From the NCBI RefSeq assembly GCF_017983795.1, contig NZ_JAGOAS010000003.1: a stretch of DNA of 64,000 nt. One strand, written 5' to 3'. A program made the position numbers and the translations under genes. Of this stretch, positions 29,523 through 43,371 are shown piece by piece (the stretch's first letter is position 1; each line of letters starts with the position of its first letter). The notes beneath the pieces were generated by a model, which ran no database searches, had not been told where the DNA came from, and saw only the letters and a program-made list of their open reading frames with translations. This DNA comes from Piscinibacter sp. (GTDB lineage: Bacteria; Pseudomonadota; Gammaproteobacteria; Burkholderiales; Burkholderiaceae_C).

Positions 29523-30056
29523 ATGCTTGCGTTTCGTCTGCTCCTCGTCGCCTGTGGCCTGGCCGCGTCTGCCGCGGCAGCGCAGGAGGGCGCCAAGCGC
29601 GTCGAGCGCGAGGCGAACAATCCGCTGCGGCTGATCATCGAGGCCGCCAAGATCCGGCCCAAGGCCCCGCCGCCGACGCCGCGTGCGGCCCGCGCCGCCT
29701 CGGCGCCGCGGCCCAGCGAGGCGCCCATCGAGGTTCTGCCCTCGGCGCCGGCCGGCACGGCGCGCTCGGCGGTGGCCACGGTCGAGGTCGAGGCCGAGGC
29801 GGCGCCGCTGCAGATCCGCGACCAGGTCGAGCCCGTGATCCCGCGCGAGCTGCGCTCGCTGATCGAGGGCGAGGTGCAGGTGCTGGTGGCCTTCACGGTG
29901 CTGTCCGACGGCCGCGTCGCCGAGGCGGCCGTGCTGCGTTCCAGCCACCCGGAAGTGAATGCCGCCGTGCTCGACGCCGTGCGCCAGTGGCGCTACCAGC
30001 CCATCGCCATCGCCACGCCGCACGAGGTGGAACTGGTGCTGCGGCCGGGCAGCTGA
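29523..30056 (+). CDS. TonB C-terminal domain protein
   Basis: Signal/anchor-like N-terminus ([20 protein letters not shown]), a Pro-rich linker and a TonB_C-like end ([41 protein letters not shown]). Confidence 0.65.
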   Translation: MLAFRLLLVACGLAASAAAAQEGAKRVEREANNPLRLIIEAAKIRPKAPPPTPRAARAASAPRPSEAPIEVLPSAPAGTARSAVATVEVEAEAAPLQIRDQVEPVIPRELRSLIEGEVQVLVAFTVLSDGRVAEAAVLRSSHPEVNAAVLDAVRQWRYQPIAIATPHEVELVLRPGS

Positions 30057-30063
30057 GCACGCT

Positions 30064-30783
30064 TCAGCGTTGCAGCACTTCGAGCGCGCGGTCCATGCCG
30101 CCGCTCATGATCGAGATCATGGCCTGCTCGCGTACCGCGGGCTTGGGATGGAAGGCGATCGAGAGGCCCGCCGCGCCCATCATGGGCAGGTCGTTGGCGC
30201 CGTCGCCGACGGCGATGGTTCGCGCCATGTCGATGCCCATCAGCTCGGCCACCTCGAGCAGCACGCGTTTCTTCTCGGCGCCATCGACGATGTCGCCCCA
30301 GGGCCGGTCGAACAGCGTGCCGGTGAGCCGGCCGTTGGCGATGCCGAGCGTGTTGGCGCGTGCGAAGTCGAGCCTGAGCTGATGGCGGATGCGTTCGCTG
30401 AAGAAGGTGAAGCCGCCGGAGACCAGCAGCGTCTTGAGGCCAGCCGCCTGGCAGGCCTCGACGAACGCCGCCACGCCGGGGTTCAGGCGCAGCTTGTCGC
30501 TCCAGACCTTCTCCAGCGCTGCCACCGGCACGCCGGCCAGCAGCGCGACGCGGCGGCGCAGGCTGTCCTTGTAGTCGGCGATCTCGCCGCGCATCGCCGC
30601 CTCGGTGATCTCGGCCACCTCGGCCTTGCGGCCGGCGGCGTCGGCGATCTCGTCCACGCACTCGATGTTGATCAGCGTCGAGTCCATGTCGAACGCGATC
30701 AGCTTGAAGTCGGCCAGGCGCAGCGGCGGCGCGAAGCCGCGGATGAAGAGGCCGGGAGCGTGTTCGGTGCTGGACGTGGACAT
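30064..30783 (-). CDS. serB: Phosphoserine phosphatase (HAD family)
   Basis: FDMDSTLI (the DxDST HAD motif I), LVSGGF and GDGANDLPM. Confidence 0.85.
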   Translation of the reverse strand: MSTSSTEHAPGLFIRGFAPPLRLADFKLIAFDMDSTLINIECVDEIADAAGRKAEVAEITEAAMRGEIADYKDSLRRRVALLAGVPVAALEKVWSDKLRLNPGVAAFVEACQAAGLKTLLVSGGFTFFSERIRHQLRLDFARANTLGIANGRLTGTLFDRPWGDIVDGAEKKRVLLEVAELMGIDMARTIAVGDGANDLPMMGAAGLSIAFHPKPAVREQAMISIMSGGMDRALEVLQR

Positions 30784-30812
30784 CGGCGCGGATGTTACCC
30801 GCGCCGTGCGCC

Positions 30813-31298
30813 TCAGCTGCCCACCACCTGCGAGAGCACGCGCATCTGCTTGCGCGTGTCGCCGCCGACCAGCGAACGCACCGTGTCGGCGTCGTCGCGC
30901 ACGCTCACGCCGGCCTTCTGCAGCCGTGCGCGCAGCTCGTCGGGCGAGGTCTTGGCCACCTGCGCCAGCACCGGCAGCGGCGCATCGGCCAGCGCGCGCA
31001 TCGGCGCCACGAAGGGCGGCTCCTTCTTGCCGCCGACGGACACGAAGGACGCGGCCAGCAGCAGCGCGAATACGCCCACGGCCGTGCGGCCGCGCCAGCC
31101 GGCGAGATGCCGCTTGACGCTCATCCAGTTGACCGCCGCGTGCAGCGCCACGCCGCCCAGCAGCACCCAGCTCAGCCACTCGTGCGCGGTTTCGTTGAGG
31201 CCGCTGTCGAGGTGGAAGAACATCAGCGCGCCGGTGACGGCGAGCAGCCCGAAGGCGCCCATGGTGATGGGGGTGATCCAGTCGCGTTGCAGTTTCAT
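30813..31298 (-). CDS. Small membrane protein, DUF4405-like
   Basis: 161 aa with three predicted TM helices containing conserved His (FFHLDSGLNETAHEWL, ALHAAVNW). The family call is from memory only. Confidence 0.55.
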   Translation of the reverse strand: MKLQRDWITPITMGAFGLLAVTGALMFFHLDSGLNETAHEWLSWVLLGGVALHAAVNWMSVKRHLAGWRGRTAVGVFALLLAASFVSVGGKKEPPFVAPMRALADAPLPVLAQVAKTSPDELRARLQKAGVSVRDDADTVRSLVGGDTRKQMRVLSQVVGS

Positions 31299-31410
31299 GG
31301 TGTCTTCTTTCCCTTGGGTTCGATGACGCCATGTTGCAGCGGCGCGGTGTCGCCCGTGCTGCGGCCATGTTGCCGAAGGTGAAGCGGATTGCGCCAGATC
31401 AGGCGCGCGC

Positions 31411-34860
<3,450 letters not shown>

Positions 34861-34903
34861 CGGGGGGCCGAATCATACAATTCGCGTCCACTTCCCGCCT
34901 CGC

Positions 34904-35620
34904 ATGACCGACGCTTCCGCCCCGCGCTGCTACGCCTTGCTGCCCTGTGCCGGCGTGGGTTCGCGCTCCGGCGCGGCCTTGCCCAAGCAGTATGTCGAGA
35001 TCGCCGGCAAGCCCATGGTGGCGCACACGCTGGCGGCGCTGGCGCAGGTGGCGCGCCTCGCGGCCGCGCTGGTGGTGCTGGCGCCGGACGACGACCGGTT
35101 CGAGGCGCTGGTCCCGGCCTTCGAAGGCGCGCGCGGCTGGGTGTGCCGGCGCGGCGGCGCGATGCGCGCCGACACGGTGGCCGGTGGCCTGGACGAACTG
35201 CTGGCGCGCGGCGCGCGGCCCGACGACTGGGTGCTGGTGCACGACGCGGCGCGCTGCCTCGTCAGGCCCGAGTGGGTGGAGCGCCTGATCGCTGCCTGCC
35301 TCCCCGATGCCGTCGGCGGCCTGCTGGCGCTGCCGGTGGCCGACACGCTCAAGCGCGCCGAGGGCGGGCGTGTTGCGCAGACGCTGCCGCGCGCCGACAA
35401 GTGGGCGGCGCAGACGCCGCAGATGTTCCGCATCGGCATGCTGCGCGAGGCGCTCGCAAAGGCGGGTAGCGCGGTGACCGACGACGCCAGCGCAATCGAG
35501 GCCATGGGCCTGGCGCCGCTGCTGGTGGAAGGCGACGCGGGCAACCTCAAGCTCACCTGGCCCTCCGACTTCACGCTCGCCGAACGCGTGCTCGCGGCGC
35601 GCCCGAAAGGAACTGCATGA
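34904..35620 (+). CDS. ispD: 2-C-methyl-D-erythritol 4-phosphate cytidylyltransferase
   Basis: [26 protein letters not shown] and AQTPQMF. It is divergent from mfd. Confidence 0.9.
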   Translation: MTDASAPRCYALLPCAGVGSRSGAALPKQYVEIAGKPMVAHTLAALAQVARLAAALVVLAPDDDRFEALVPAFEGARGWVCRRGGAMRADTVAGGLDELLARGARPDDWVLVHDAARCLVRPEWVERLIAACLPDAVGGLLALPVADTLKRAEGGRVAQTLPRADKWAAQTPQMFRIGMLREALAKAGSAVTDDASAIEAMGLAPLLVEGDAGNLKLTWPSDFTLAERVLAARPKGTA

Positions 35621-36126
35621 ACCTGCCCAACATCCGCATCGGCGAAGGCTGGGACAGCCACCGGCTCGTGCCGGGCCGGCCGCTGGTGCTCGGCGGCGTG
35701 ACCATCCCGCACACGCACGGGCTGGACGGCCACTCGGATGCCGACGCGCTGTGCCACGCCATCACCGACGCCATCTTCGGCGCGCTGGCGCTGGGCGACA
35801 TCGGCCACCATTTCCCCGATACCGACGAGCGCTTTCGCGGCGCCGATTCGCTGGCGCTGCTGGCCGAGGCCGGCCGGCGCGCTCTGCAGGCCGGCTGGCA
35901 TGTGGTCAACGTCGACAGCACCATCGTCGCGCAGGCGCCCAAGATGGCGCCGCACATCCTGGCCATGCGCCAGCGCATCGCGCAGGCGCTGGCGGTCAAG
36001 GTCGAGCAGGTCAGCGTGAAGGCCAAGACGGCCGAGAAGCTCGGGCCGGTGGGCGCGGGTGAAGCTATGGAGGCGCGCGCGGTGTGCCTGCTCTACACGC
36101 TCAGGCGACCGGTCGTACCCGCGTAG
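35617..36126 (+). CDS. ispF: 2-C-methyl-D-erythritol 2,4-cyclodiphosphate synthase
   Basis: [23 protein letters not shown] and [11 protein letters not shown]. The start overlaps the ispD stop. Confidence 0.95.
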   Translation: MNLPNIRIGEGWDSHRLVPGRPLVLGGVTIPHTHGLDGHSDADALCHAITDAIFGALALGDIGHHFPDTDERFRGADSLALLAEAGRRALQAGWHVVNVDSTIVAQAPKMAPHILAMRQRIAQALAVKVEQVSVKAKTAEKLGPVGAGEAMEARAVCLLYTLRRPVVPA

Positions 36127-36130
36127 AGAT

Positions 36131-37459
36131 TCAAGGCGCCTTCTTCAATCGAAGGTGACAGACCAGCCCGCCGTCAGCGGCGTTGGCTGCCTCGAAGGTG
36201 CCGCCCATGCGCTGCATCGCCTTGTCGACGATCGCCAGGCCCAGGCCCGCGCCGGTGGCGGCGGTGCGCGCCGCGTCGCCGCGGAAGAAGGGCGTGGTCA
36301 GCTGCGCGAGCTTGGCCGGGTCCACGCCCGGGCCGTAGTCGCGCACGCTCAGGATCACCCAGGGCCCGGTGCGCGCGTAGGTCACCACCACCTTGGCGAT
36401 GCCGGTGTCGGTGCTGCGGCCGTAGCGGCGCGCGTTCTCGAACAGGTTCTGCAGCACGCGGCCGAGTTCGATCTCGTCGGCCAGCACCTTGGTGTCGATC
36501 GCCACGCGCGCGGTGATGCGGATCTGGCTGGTGTCGCGGAAGGCCGCCATCTCGCGGTCGACCAGGCTGGACAGGTGCACCGGCACCAGCTTCACGTCGC
36601 CGGGGCGCGCGTAGTCCATGAACTTGTCGATGATGGCGTCGAGCTGGTCGATGTCGGAGGCCATGTTGCGCTTGGCCTCGTCGTCGTTGACGCTCATCTC
36701 GGCTTCCAGGCGCAGGCGCGCCAGCGGCGTGCGCAGGTCGTGGCTGATGCCCGCCAGCATCACGGCGCGGTCTTCCTCCACCTTGGCGAGCTCGCGCGCC
36801 ATGCGGTTGAAGCCCATGTTGACCTGGCGGATCTCGGCCGTCATGGTGTTCTCGTCGAGGATCGAATCGAACTCTCCCTCGCGGATGCGGCTGGCGGCGA
36901 AGGAGAGCTCCTGCAGCGGCCGGTTGATGGCGCGCGCGATCAGCGCCGAGCCGAATACCGAGGCGAGCAGCGCGATGCCGCCCCACAGCCCCAGCGTGCC
37001 CCAGGTGAGCGTGCCCACGCGCGAGGAGTCGGCCTGCAGCCAGTAGGGATCCTTCTCGATCATGAAGCCGACCCACAGGCCCGGCTGCTTGTTCACCGAA
37101 CTGGCCACCACGGTGTCGGTGCCGAGCTGGGCGCGCAGCTCGGCGCCGATGGCGCGCGAGAAGCGGTCGACCTCGAAGGCCTCCCACTTGTCGCCCGGCT
37201 CGCGCGGTGCGAGCCGCACCGTCTCCTGCTTGGCCATGGTCTTGATGAGCGCCACGCGGTTGATCGTGTCGCTGGCCTGCAGCGCGGTGCGCGCGAGGTT
37301 CACCAGCGCGGCGATCTGCTGCGCCGCCTGCACCGCGCGCGGCTCGACCTCGAGCGCGCGGAAGGTCTGCATCCACGCGAACACGCCGCCCACCAGCAGC
37401 AGGGTGAGCAGGAAGAAGGTGCGCCAGAACAGGCTGAAGGCGAGCTTGGTGCGGGCCAT
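36131..37459 (-). CDS. Two-component sensor histidine kinase, EnvZ-like
   Basis: Two TM segments, a HAMP region, the H-box (MLAGISHDLRTPL), an N-box (NLFENARRY) and G-boxes (DYGPGV, GAGLGLAIV). It lies downstream of an ompR-like gene. Confidence 0.85.
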   Translation of the reverse strand: MARTKLAFSLFWRTFFLLTLLLVGGVFAWMQTFRALEVEPRAVQAAQQIAALVNLARTALQASDTINRVALIKTMAKQETVRLAPREPGDKWEAFEVDRFSRAIGAELRAQLGTDTVVASSVNKQPGLWVGFMIEKDPYWLQADSSRVGTLTWGTLGLWGGIALLASVFGSALIARAINRPLQELSFAASRIREGEFDSILDENTMTAEIRQVNMGFNRMARELAKVEEDRAVMLAGISHDLRTPLARLRLEAEMSVNDDEAKRNMASDIDQLDAIIDKFMDYARPGDVKLVPVHLSSLVDREMAAFRDTSQIRITARVAIDTKVLADEIELGRVLQNLFENARRYGRSTDTGIAKVVVTYARTGPWVILSVRDYGPGVDPAKLAQLTTPFFRGDAARTAATGAGLGLAIVDKAMQRMGGTFEAANAADGGLVCHLRLKKAP

Positions 37460-37507
37460 CCGGGCGGCTTCGAATGTGTCGGGACGTCAGTGCGGGAGTG
37501 TCGGCGC

Positions 37508-37532
37508 AAAAAAGGCCCCGACGTGCGGGGCC
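37508..37532 (-). terminator. Intrinsic terminator-like hairpin between ompR-like and envZ-like genes
   Basis: The minus strand reads GGCCCCG-CACGU-CGGGGCC followed by UUUUUU. It lies 26 nt after the response-regulator stop and about 50 nt before the kinase start. Confidence 0.6.
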
Positions 37533-37557
37533 ATGCGGCCGCCTTGGCGGCGGCGCT

Positions 37558-38292
37558 TCACGAGGTGCCGTCCGGCACGAACACGTAGCCGACGCCCCAC
37601 ACCGTCTGGATGTAGCGCGGCTGGGCCGGGTCGGGCTCGATCATCTTGCGCAGGCGCGAGATCTGCACGTCGAGGCTGCGGTCGAAGGGCTCGAACTCAC
37701 GGCCGCGCGCCAGCTGCGCCAGCTTGTCGCGCGACAGCGGCTGGCGCGGGTGCCGCACCAGCGCCTTGAGCATGGAGAACTCGCCGGTGGTCAGCGCGAT
37801 CTGCTCGCCGTCCTTGGTGAGGCGGCGCAGCGCGAGGTCGAACTCGAAGGGGCCGAAGGTGACGGTCTGCGGCTCCTTGGCCGGCGCGCCGGGCGCCTCC
37901 AGCGTCGGGCGGCGGCGCAGCACGGCGTGGATGCGCGCCAGCAGTTCGCGCGGGTTGAAGGGCTTGGGCAGGTAGTCGTCAGCGCCGACCTCCAGGCCGA
38001 CGATGCGATCGACGTCCTCGACCTTGGCGGTCAGCATGATGATGGGCGTGACGTCGTTGGCCGCGCGCAGGCGGCGGCAGATCGACAGGCCATCTTCGCC
38101 GGGCAGCATCAGGTCGAGCACGATGAGGTCGACCGTCTCGCGCGTCAGCACACGGTTGAGCGCCTTGGCGTCCTCGGCGAGCAGCACCTCGAAGCCTTCT
38201 TGCGTGAGGTAGCGGCGCAGCAGGTCACGGATGCGCGCGTCGTCGTCGACGACGACGACACGGTCGGGGCGCTGATTGGGATTCGTGGCCAT
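37558..38292 (-). CDS. ompR: OmpR family response regulator
   Basis: VVVDDDARIRDLL, DLIVLDLMLPGEDG, and a winged helix (PRYIQTVWGVGYVFVP). The start is set at MATNPNQ. Confidence 0.9.
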   Translation of the reverse strand: MATNPNQRPDRVVVVDDDARIRDLLRRYLTQEGFEVLLAEDAKALNRVLTRETVDLIVLDLMLPGEDGLSICRRLRAANDVTPIIMLTAKVEDVDRIVGLEVGADDYLPKPFNPRELLARIHAVLRRRPTLEAPGAPAKEPQTVTFGPFEFDLALRRLTKDGEQIALTTGEFSMLKALVRHPRQPLSRDKLAQLARGREFEPFDRSLDVQISRLRKMIEPDPAQPRYIQTVWGVGYVFVPDGTS

Positions 38293-38468
38293 CGAGGGCT
38301 TCTCCAAACTTGTAACAGACGGGATTCTGCGGGGCTTTCCGGGGCGTTTCGGGAGGTCTGACCATCTGTTACAAATCTTGCCCCTGTGCCGGGCGAAGTG
38401 CAATCACCCCGCCAAGACCGCGTGCGCGTATAAGCCTTCGTCGTCCACTCCACCGGGGATTTCAAGAC

Positions 38469-39179
38469 ATGCGTTCACGACCGATCGCCGCGATGCTCGC
38501 CGCCACCACCGCCGCCCTGGCCGGCGTGGCCCATGCCGAACCCGCTCCGCTGCAGGGCGTGGTGTCGCTCTCGGCGAGCGCCACCGTCGAGGTGACCAAG
38601 GACCTGCTCAACGTCGTGCTCAGCACGAGCAAGGAGGGGCAGGACGCCGCCACCGTGCAGAGCCAGCTCAAACAGGCGCTCGACGCAGCGCTGGCCGAGG
38701 CGCGCAAGGCCGCCAAGCCGGGGCAGATCGAGGTGCAGACGGGCAACTTCTCGCTCTACCCGCGCTATGCGCCCAAGGGCGGGCTGACCGGCTGGCAGGG
38801 TTCGGCCGAGCTGGTGATCGAGGGCAAGGACATGAGCGGCATCGGCGCGCTCACCGGCCGCATCACGACGATGAGCGTGGCGCGCGTGAGCCAGGGCGTG
38901 TCGCGCGAACTGCGCGAGAAGGTCGAGAGCGATCTCGCCGCGCAGGCCATCGCGCGCTACCGCGCCAAGGCGGCCGACTACGCCAAGCAGTTCGGCTACT
39001 CGGGCTACGCAATCCGCGAGGTCAACGTCAGCGGCACCGAGCCGCCGGGCTACGCGCCCATGCCGATGGTGCGCGGCAAGGCGATGGCATCGATGGCGTC
39101 GGACGAGGCCTTGCCGATCGAGGCCGGCAAGGCGCAGCTGGCGGTGAACGTGAGCGGCTCGGTTCAGCTCACGAAGTAG
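38469..39179 (+). CDS. SIMPL (DUF541) domain periplasmic protein
   Basis: Has a signal peptide and SLSASATVEVTKD...TGNFSLYPRY. Length is 236 aa. The family call is from memory. Confidence 0.7.
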   Translation: MRSRPIAAMLAATTAALAGVAHAEPAPLQGVVSLSASATVEVTKDLLNVVLSTSKEGQDAATVQSQLKQALDAALAEARKAAKPGQIEVQTGNFSLYPRYAPKGGLTGWQGSAELVIEGKDMSGIGALTGRITTMSVARVSQGVSRELREKVESDLAAQAIARYRAKAADYAKQFGYSGYAIREVNVSGTEPPGYAPMPMVRGKAMASMASDEALPIEAGKAQLAVNVSGSVQLTK

Positions 39180-39182
39180 GCG

Positions 39183-39965
39183 TCACTGCGCGGTCCAGCC
39201 GCCGTCGACGGCCCAGGCCTGCCCGCGCACGTTGTCGGCGCCGGCCGAGCAGAGGAATACCGCCAGGTCGCCCAGTTGCTCGGGCGTGGTGAACTGCAGC
39301 GAGGGCTGCTTCTCGGCCAGCAGGCGGCGCTTGGCTTCCGCGTCGTCGACACCGTCCTTGGCGGCGCGCGCGTCGACCTGCTTCTGCACCAGCGGCGTCA
39401 GCACCCAGCCGGGGCAGATGGCGTTGACGGTCACGCCAGTGGTGGCGAGTTCGAGCGCGCTGGCCTTGGTCAGCCCGACGATGCCGTGCTTGGCCGCCAC
39501 GTAGGCCGACTTGCCCGCCGAGGCCACCAGGCCGTGCGCCGAGGCGATGTTGACGATGCGCCCCCAGTTCTTCTTGCGCATCGCCGGAATCGCCAGACGC
39601 ATCGCGTGGAAGGCCGAGCTGAGGTTGATGGCGATGATCGCGTCCCAGCGCTCGACGGGAAAGTCCTCGACGTTGGCCACGTGCTGGATGCCGGCGTTGT
39701 TGACCAGCACGTCGACGCCGCCGAACTCCTTCGCGGCGTAGGCCATCATGGCCTCGATCTCGGCGGGCTTGCTCATGTCGGCGCCGTGGTAGCCGACGCG
39801 GATGCCATGCGCCTTGCCGGCGCTGTCCACCTCGGCCTTCGGGCCCTCGGTGTCGCCGAAGCCGTTGAGCACCACGTTGGCGCCCTGCGCCGCGAGGCGG
39901 CAGGCCACGCCCAGCCCGATGCCGCTGGTGGAGCCGGTGACGAGGGCGGTCTTTCCTTTGAGCAT
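39183..39965 (-). CDS. bdhA: 3-hydroxybutyrate dehydrogenase (SDR family)
   Basis: TGSTSGIGLG, NNAGIQHV and the catalytic YVAAKHG. Length is 260 aa. Confidence 0.85.
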   Translation of the reverse strand: MLKGKTALVTGSTSGIGLGVACRLAAQGANVVLNGFGDTEGPKAEVDSAGKAHGIRVGYHGADMSKPAEIEAMMAYAAKEFGGVDVLVNNAGIQHVANVEDFPVERWDAIIAINLSSAFHAMRLAIPAMRKKNWGRIVNIASAHGLVASAGKSAYVAAKHGIVGLTKASALELATTGVTVNAICPGWVLTPLVQKQVDARAAKDGVDDAEAKRRLLAEKQPSLQFTTPEQLGDLAVFLCSAGADNVRGQAWAVDGGWTAQ

Positions 39966-40032
39966 GAATCTTCTCCGACGATTGACTTAGCATGGATTAT
40001 GGAGACCCGACTGAACCGGAACTGAACCGCAC

Positions 40033-40899
40033 ATGACAGAACCTCGCCTCGACAGCGTGCAATGCCTGGGCGCACGCGGCCTGCACCGCATGGCCTACGC
40101 CGAGTGGGGCGACCCGGCCAACCCGCGCGTGCTCGTCTGCGTGCACGGCCTGGCGCGCCAGGGCCGCGACTTCGATGTCTTCGCGCAGGCCCTGAGCGAC
40201 CGCTACCGCGTCGTCTGCCCCGACGTGGTGGGGCGCGGCCGCTCCGACTGGCTGGCCGATCCGGCCGGCTACCAGATCCCCGCCTACGTGGCCGACATGG
40301 TGACGCTGCTGGCGCGCCTGGATGCGCAGGATCTGCACTGGGTCGGCACCTCGATGGGCGGGCTGATCGGCCTCGGCCTGGCGACGCTGCCGGGTTCACC
40401 CGTGAAGAGGCTGGTGCTCAACGACGTCGGCCCGGTGATCGAGCTCGCCGCACTGCAGCGCATCGGCACCTACCTCGGCCAGCCGCTGCGCTGGGGCAGC
40501 GTGGAGGAGGCGGCCGACTACCTGTGGAGCATCTCGGCCAGCTTCGGCCCGCATACGCGCGAGCAGTGGCTGGCGCTGACGCGGCCGATGCTCAAGCCCG
40601 ACGGCGAGGGCTTCAAGCTGCACTACGACCCGGCCATCGCCGTGCCTTTCCGCGCCCTCACGCCCGAGGCGGCGCGCGCCGGCGAGGCGATGCTGTGGGC
40701 GAGCTACGACGCGCTGCGCTGCCCGACCCTGCTGCTGCGCGGCGCGCAGAGCGACCTGCTCTCGCGTGACACCGCGCAGGCGATGACGCAGCGCGGCCCG
40801 AAGGCGAAGCTGATCGAGTTCGAGGGCGTGGGCCATGCACCGACGCTGGTGGCGCCGGAGCAGATCGACGCCGTGCGGGAGTTCCTGCTCGCGCCATGA
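40033..40899 (+). CDS. Alpha/beta hydrolase
   Basis: HGLARQGRDFD and the nucleophile elbow GTSMGG. The stop overlaps the spoT-like start. Confidence 0.8.
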   Translation: MTEPRLDSVQCLGARGLHRMAYAEWGDPANPRVLVCVHGLARQGRDFDVFAQALSDRYRVVCPDVVGRGRSDWLADPAGYQIPAYVADMVTLLARLDAQDLHWVGTSMGGLIGLGLATLPGSPVKRLVLNDVGPVIELAALQRIGTYLGQPLRWGSVEEAADYLWSISASFGPHTREQWLALTRPMLKPDGEGFKLHYDPAIAVPFRALTPEAARAGEAMLWASYDALRCPTLLLRGAQSDLLSRDTAQAMTQRGPKAKLIEFEGVGHAPTLVAPEQIDAVREFLLAP

Positions 40900-43151
40900 A
40901 GACCGGTCTGGCGGACGCACGCGACGAGGCGGCGCCCATCGTGCAGCTGGCCGATGTGGCCGGCGCCGAAGCCGAGCTGGCGCCGCTGGAGCGCGCACGC
41001 GCCTTCGCCGAGCCGCTGCTGGCCGGCCGCACGCTCGACACCGGCGAGGACGCGTTCGCGCACGCCGAGGGCGTGGCCGCCATCCTGCAGGGCATAGGCG
41101 CCGCGCCATCGATGCGTGCCGCGGCCTATCTCGTCTACGCCGGTGATTTCCTGCAGAAGCCCGAGGAGGTGGTGGCCAAGGCCTTCGGCGAGTCCTACGC
41201 CGGCCTGGTCGCGCACACGCGGCGGCTGGTGCAGATCCAGCGCGCCGCACGCGAGGCCAACGTGGAGGCGCAGCGCCGCGCCGAGCAGACCGAGCGGGTG
41301 CGCAAGATGCTGCTCGCCTTCTCGCGCGACCTGCGCGTGGTGCTGCTGCGCCTGGCCTCGCGGCTGCAGACGCTGCGCTGGTACGCGGCCAGCAAGCGCG
41401 AATGCCCGCGCGCGCTGGCCGAGGAATCGATGCAGGTATTCGCACCGCTGGCCAACCGGCTGGGCATCTGGCAGATCAAGTGGGAGATCGAGGATCTGTC
41501 GTTCCGCTTCCTCGAGCCGGCGCCGTACCGCCAGGTGGCCGGCCTGCTGGACGAGCGGCGCGTCGAGCGCGAGCAGGGCGTCGAGGCCTTCCGCGTCGAG
41601 CTCGGCGAATTTCTCGCGCGCTCCGGCCTGAAGGCCGAGGTGCAGGGCCGGCCCAAGCACCTCTACAGCATCTGGAAGAAGATGCGCGGCAAGGGGCTGG
41701 ACTTCGCGCGCGTCTTCGACATCCGCGCCATGCGCGTGATCGTTGCCGACGTGCCGGCCTGCTACGCGGTGCTGGCGCGCGTGCACGAGCGCTGGACACC
41801 GGTGCCGGGCGAGTTCGACGACTACATCGCGCGGCCCAAGCCGAACGGCTACCAGTCGCTGCACACCGTGGTGATGGATGCGGACGGCCGGCCGGTGGAG
41901 ATCCAGATCCGCACCCGCGCGATGCACGAGCACGCCGAGCACGGCGTGGCCGCGCACTGGGCCTACAAGGAGGCCGGCGCCAAGGGCTACGCCGGCGTCA
42001 GCGCCGGCAGCGATTTCGACGCCCAGGTGGCCGAGGCGCGCAAGGCGGTGCTGCGCCAGCTGCTCGCCTGGGAGCGCGATTTCGTCGAACGGGGCGTCGA
42101 GCAGGGCACCGAGCCCGGCGCGCCGGCCGGTGCCGGCATGTTCGACGACCGCATCTACGTCTTCACCCCGCAGGCCGCGGTGGTGGAGCTGCCGGCGGGC
42201 GCCACGCCGATCGACTTCGCCTACACGCTGCACACCGATCTCGGCCACCGCTGCCGCGGCGCCAAGGTCGACGGCCAGATGGTGCCGCTGAATACGCCGC
42301 TCAAGAGCGGCCAGACCGTCGAGGTCAATGCGATCAAGGAGGGCGGCCCCTCGCTCGACTGGCTCAACGCCGAACTCGGCTACCTGCAGAGCTCGCGCGG
42401 CAAGGCCAAGGTGCGCGCCTGGTTCAACGCGCTGGCGCAGCGCGACACCATCGCGCGCGGCCGCGAGGCGGTGGAGAAGCTGCTGCAGCGCGAAGGCCGC
42501 ACCTCGATGAAGCTCGACGAGCTGGCCGCGCAACTGGGCTTCCGCAACGCCGACGCGCTGTTCGAGGTGGTGGGCAAGGACGAGTTCTCGCTGCGCAACA
42601 TCGAGAGCCTGCTGCGCCCGCCCGAGCCGGCGCCGAGCGAAGACGAAGCGATCGTCGCCAAGGCCGTCAAGGCGCCGGGGCGCGTGCCGCAGGGCGGCGT
42701 GCTGGTGGTGGGCGTCGAGTCGCTGCTGACCAGCCTGGCGCGCTGCTGCCGGCCGGCGCCGCCCGATGCGATCGGCGGCTACGTCACGCGTGGCAAGGGC
42801 GTGGCCATCCACCGCGCCGACTGCATCAACTTCCGCCAGATCGCCGCACGCTCGCCCGAGCGCGTGATTCCCGTCGCCTGGGGCGAGCGCAAGGGCGAGA
42901 GCGCGGCGGTCTATCCGGTCGATGTGGTGGTCGAGGCGAACGACCGCCAAGGCCTGCTGCGCGACATCACCGAGGTATTCGCCAAGGAGAAGGTCAACGT
43001 CACCGGCGTGAAGACGCAAAGCATCAAGGACGCGCACGGCGGCACCGCGTGGATGACCTTCACCGTCGAGGTGGGCGATGCCTCGCGGCTGGCGCAGGTG
43101 CTGGCCCAGGTGGCGCGCGTGCCGGGCGTGCGTGCGGCACGGCGGCGTTGA
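40896..43151 (+). CDS. spoT: Bifunctional (p)ppGpp synthetase/hydrolase, RelA/SpoT family
   Basis: HD domain (HAEGVAAIL), synthetase region (RPKHLYSIWKKM, YIARPKPNGYQSLHT), TGS and a C-terminal ACT domain. Length is 751 aa. Confidence 0.9.
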   Translation: MKTGLADARDEAAPIVQLADVAGAEAELAPLERARAFAEPLLAGRTLDTGEDAFAHAEGVAAILQGIGAAPSMRAAAYLVYAGDFLQKPEEVVAKAFGESYAGLVAHTRRLVQIQRAAREANVEAQRRAEQTERVRKMLLAFSRDLRVVLLRLASRLQTLRWYAASKRECPRALAEESMQVFAPLANRLGIWQIKWEIEDLSFRFLEPAPYRQVAGLLDERRVEREQGVEAFRVELGEFLARSGLKAEVQGRPKHLYSIWKKMRGKGLDFARVFDIRAMRVIVADVPACYAVLARVHERWTPVPGEFDDYIARPKPNGYQSLHTVVMDADGRPVEIQIRTRAMHEHAEHGVAAHWAYKEAGAKGYAGVSAGSDFDAQVAEARKAVLRQLLAWERDFVERGVEQGTEPGAPAGAGMFDDRIYVFTPQAAVVELPAGATPIDFAYTLHTDLGHRCRGAKVDGQMVPLNTPLKSGQTVEVNAIKEGGPSLDWLNAELGYLQSSRGKAKVRAWFNALAQRDTIARGREAVEKLLQREGRTSMKLDELAAQLGFRNADALFEVVGKDEFSLRNIESLLRPPEPAPSEDEAIVAKAVKAPGRVPQGGVLVVGVESLLTSLARCCRPAPPDAIGGYVTRGKGVAIHRADCINFRQIAARSPERVIPVAWGERKGESAAVYPVDVVVEANDRQGLLRDITEVFAKEKVNVTGVKTQSIKDAHGGTAWMTFTVEVGDASRLAQVLAQVARVPGVRAARRR

Positions 43152-43197
43152 CGTCGTCGGGACCCACGCGCAAGCCTGCTATACTGCTCAGCTTTCC

Positions 43198-43274
43198 AGG
43201 CGCGTAGCTCAGCTGGTTAGAGCACCACCTTGACATGGTGGGGGTCGGAGGTTCGAGTCCTCTCGCGCCTACCA
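43198..43274 (+). tRNA. tRNA-Val (anticodon GAC)
   Basis: A hand-folded cloverleaf: acceptor AGGCGCG/CGCGCCU, U8A9, D arm GCUC..GAGC, anticodon arm CCACC-UUGACAU-GGUGG, variable loop GGGUC, T arm GGAGG-UUCGAGU-CCUCU, discriminator A, and an encoded CCA. Confidence 0.9.
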
Positions 43275-43292
43275 AATACGGTAGAAGAAGCA

Positions 43293-43325
43293 GGGCCCGG
43301 CGAGAAACGCCGGGCCCTTTTTCTT
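43293..43325 (+). terminator. Rho-independent terminator after tRNA-Val
   Basis: GGGCCCGGCG-AGAAA-CGCCGGGCCC, a perfect 10-bp stem, followed by TTTTTCTT. Confidence 0.85.
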
Positions 43326-43371
43326 GGCGCGCGGCAGCTATGCTTGCCGGCACCACGTCGTCGGAATCGTC

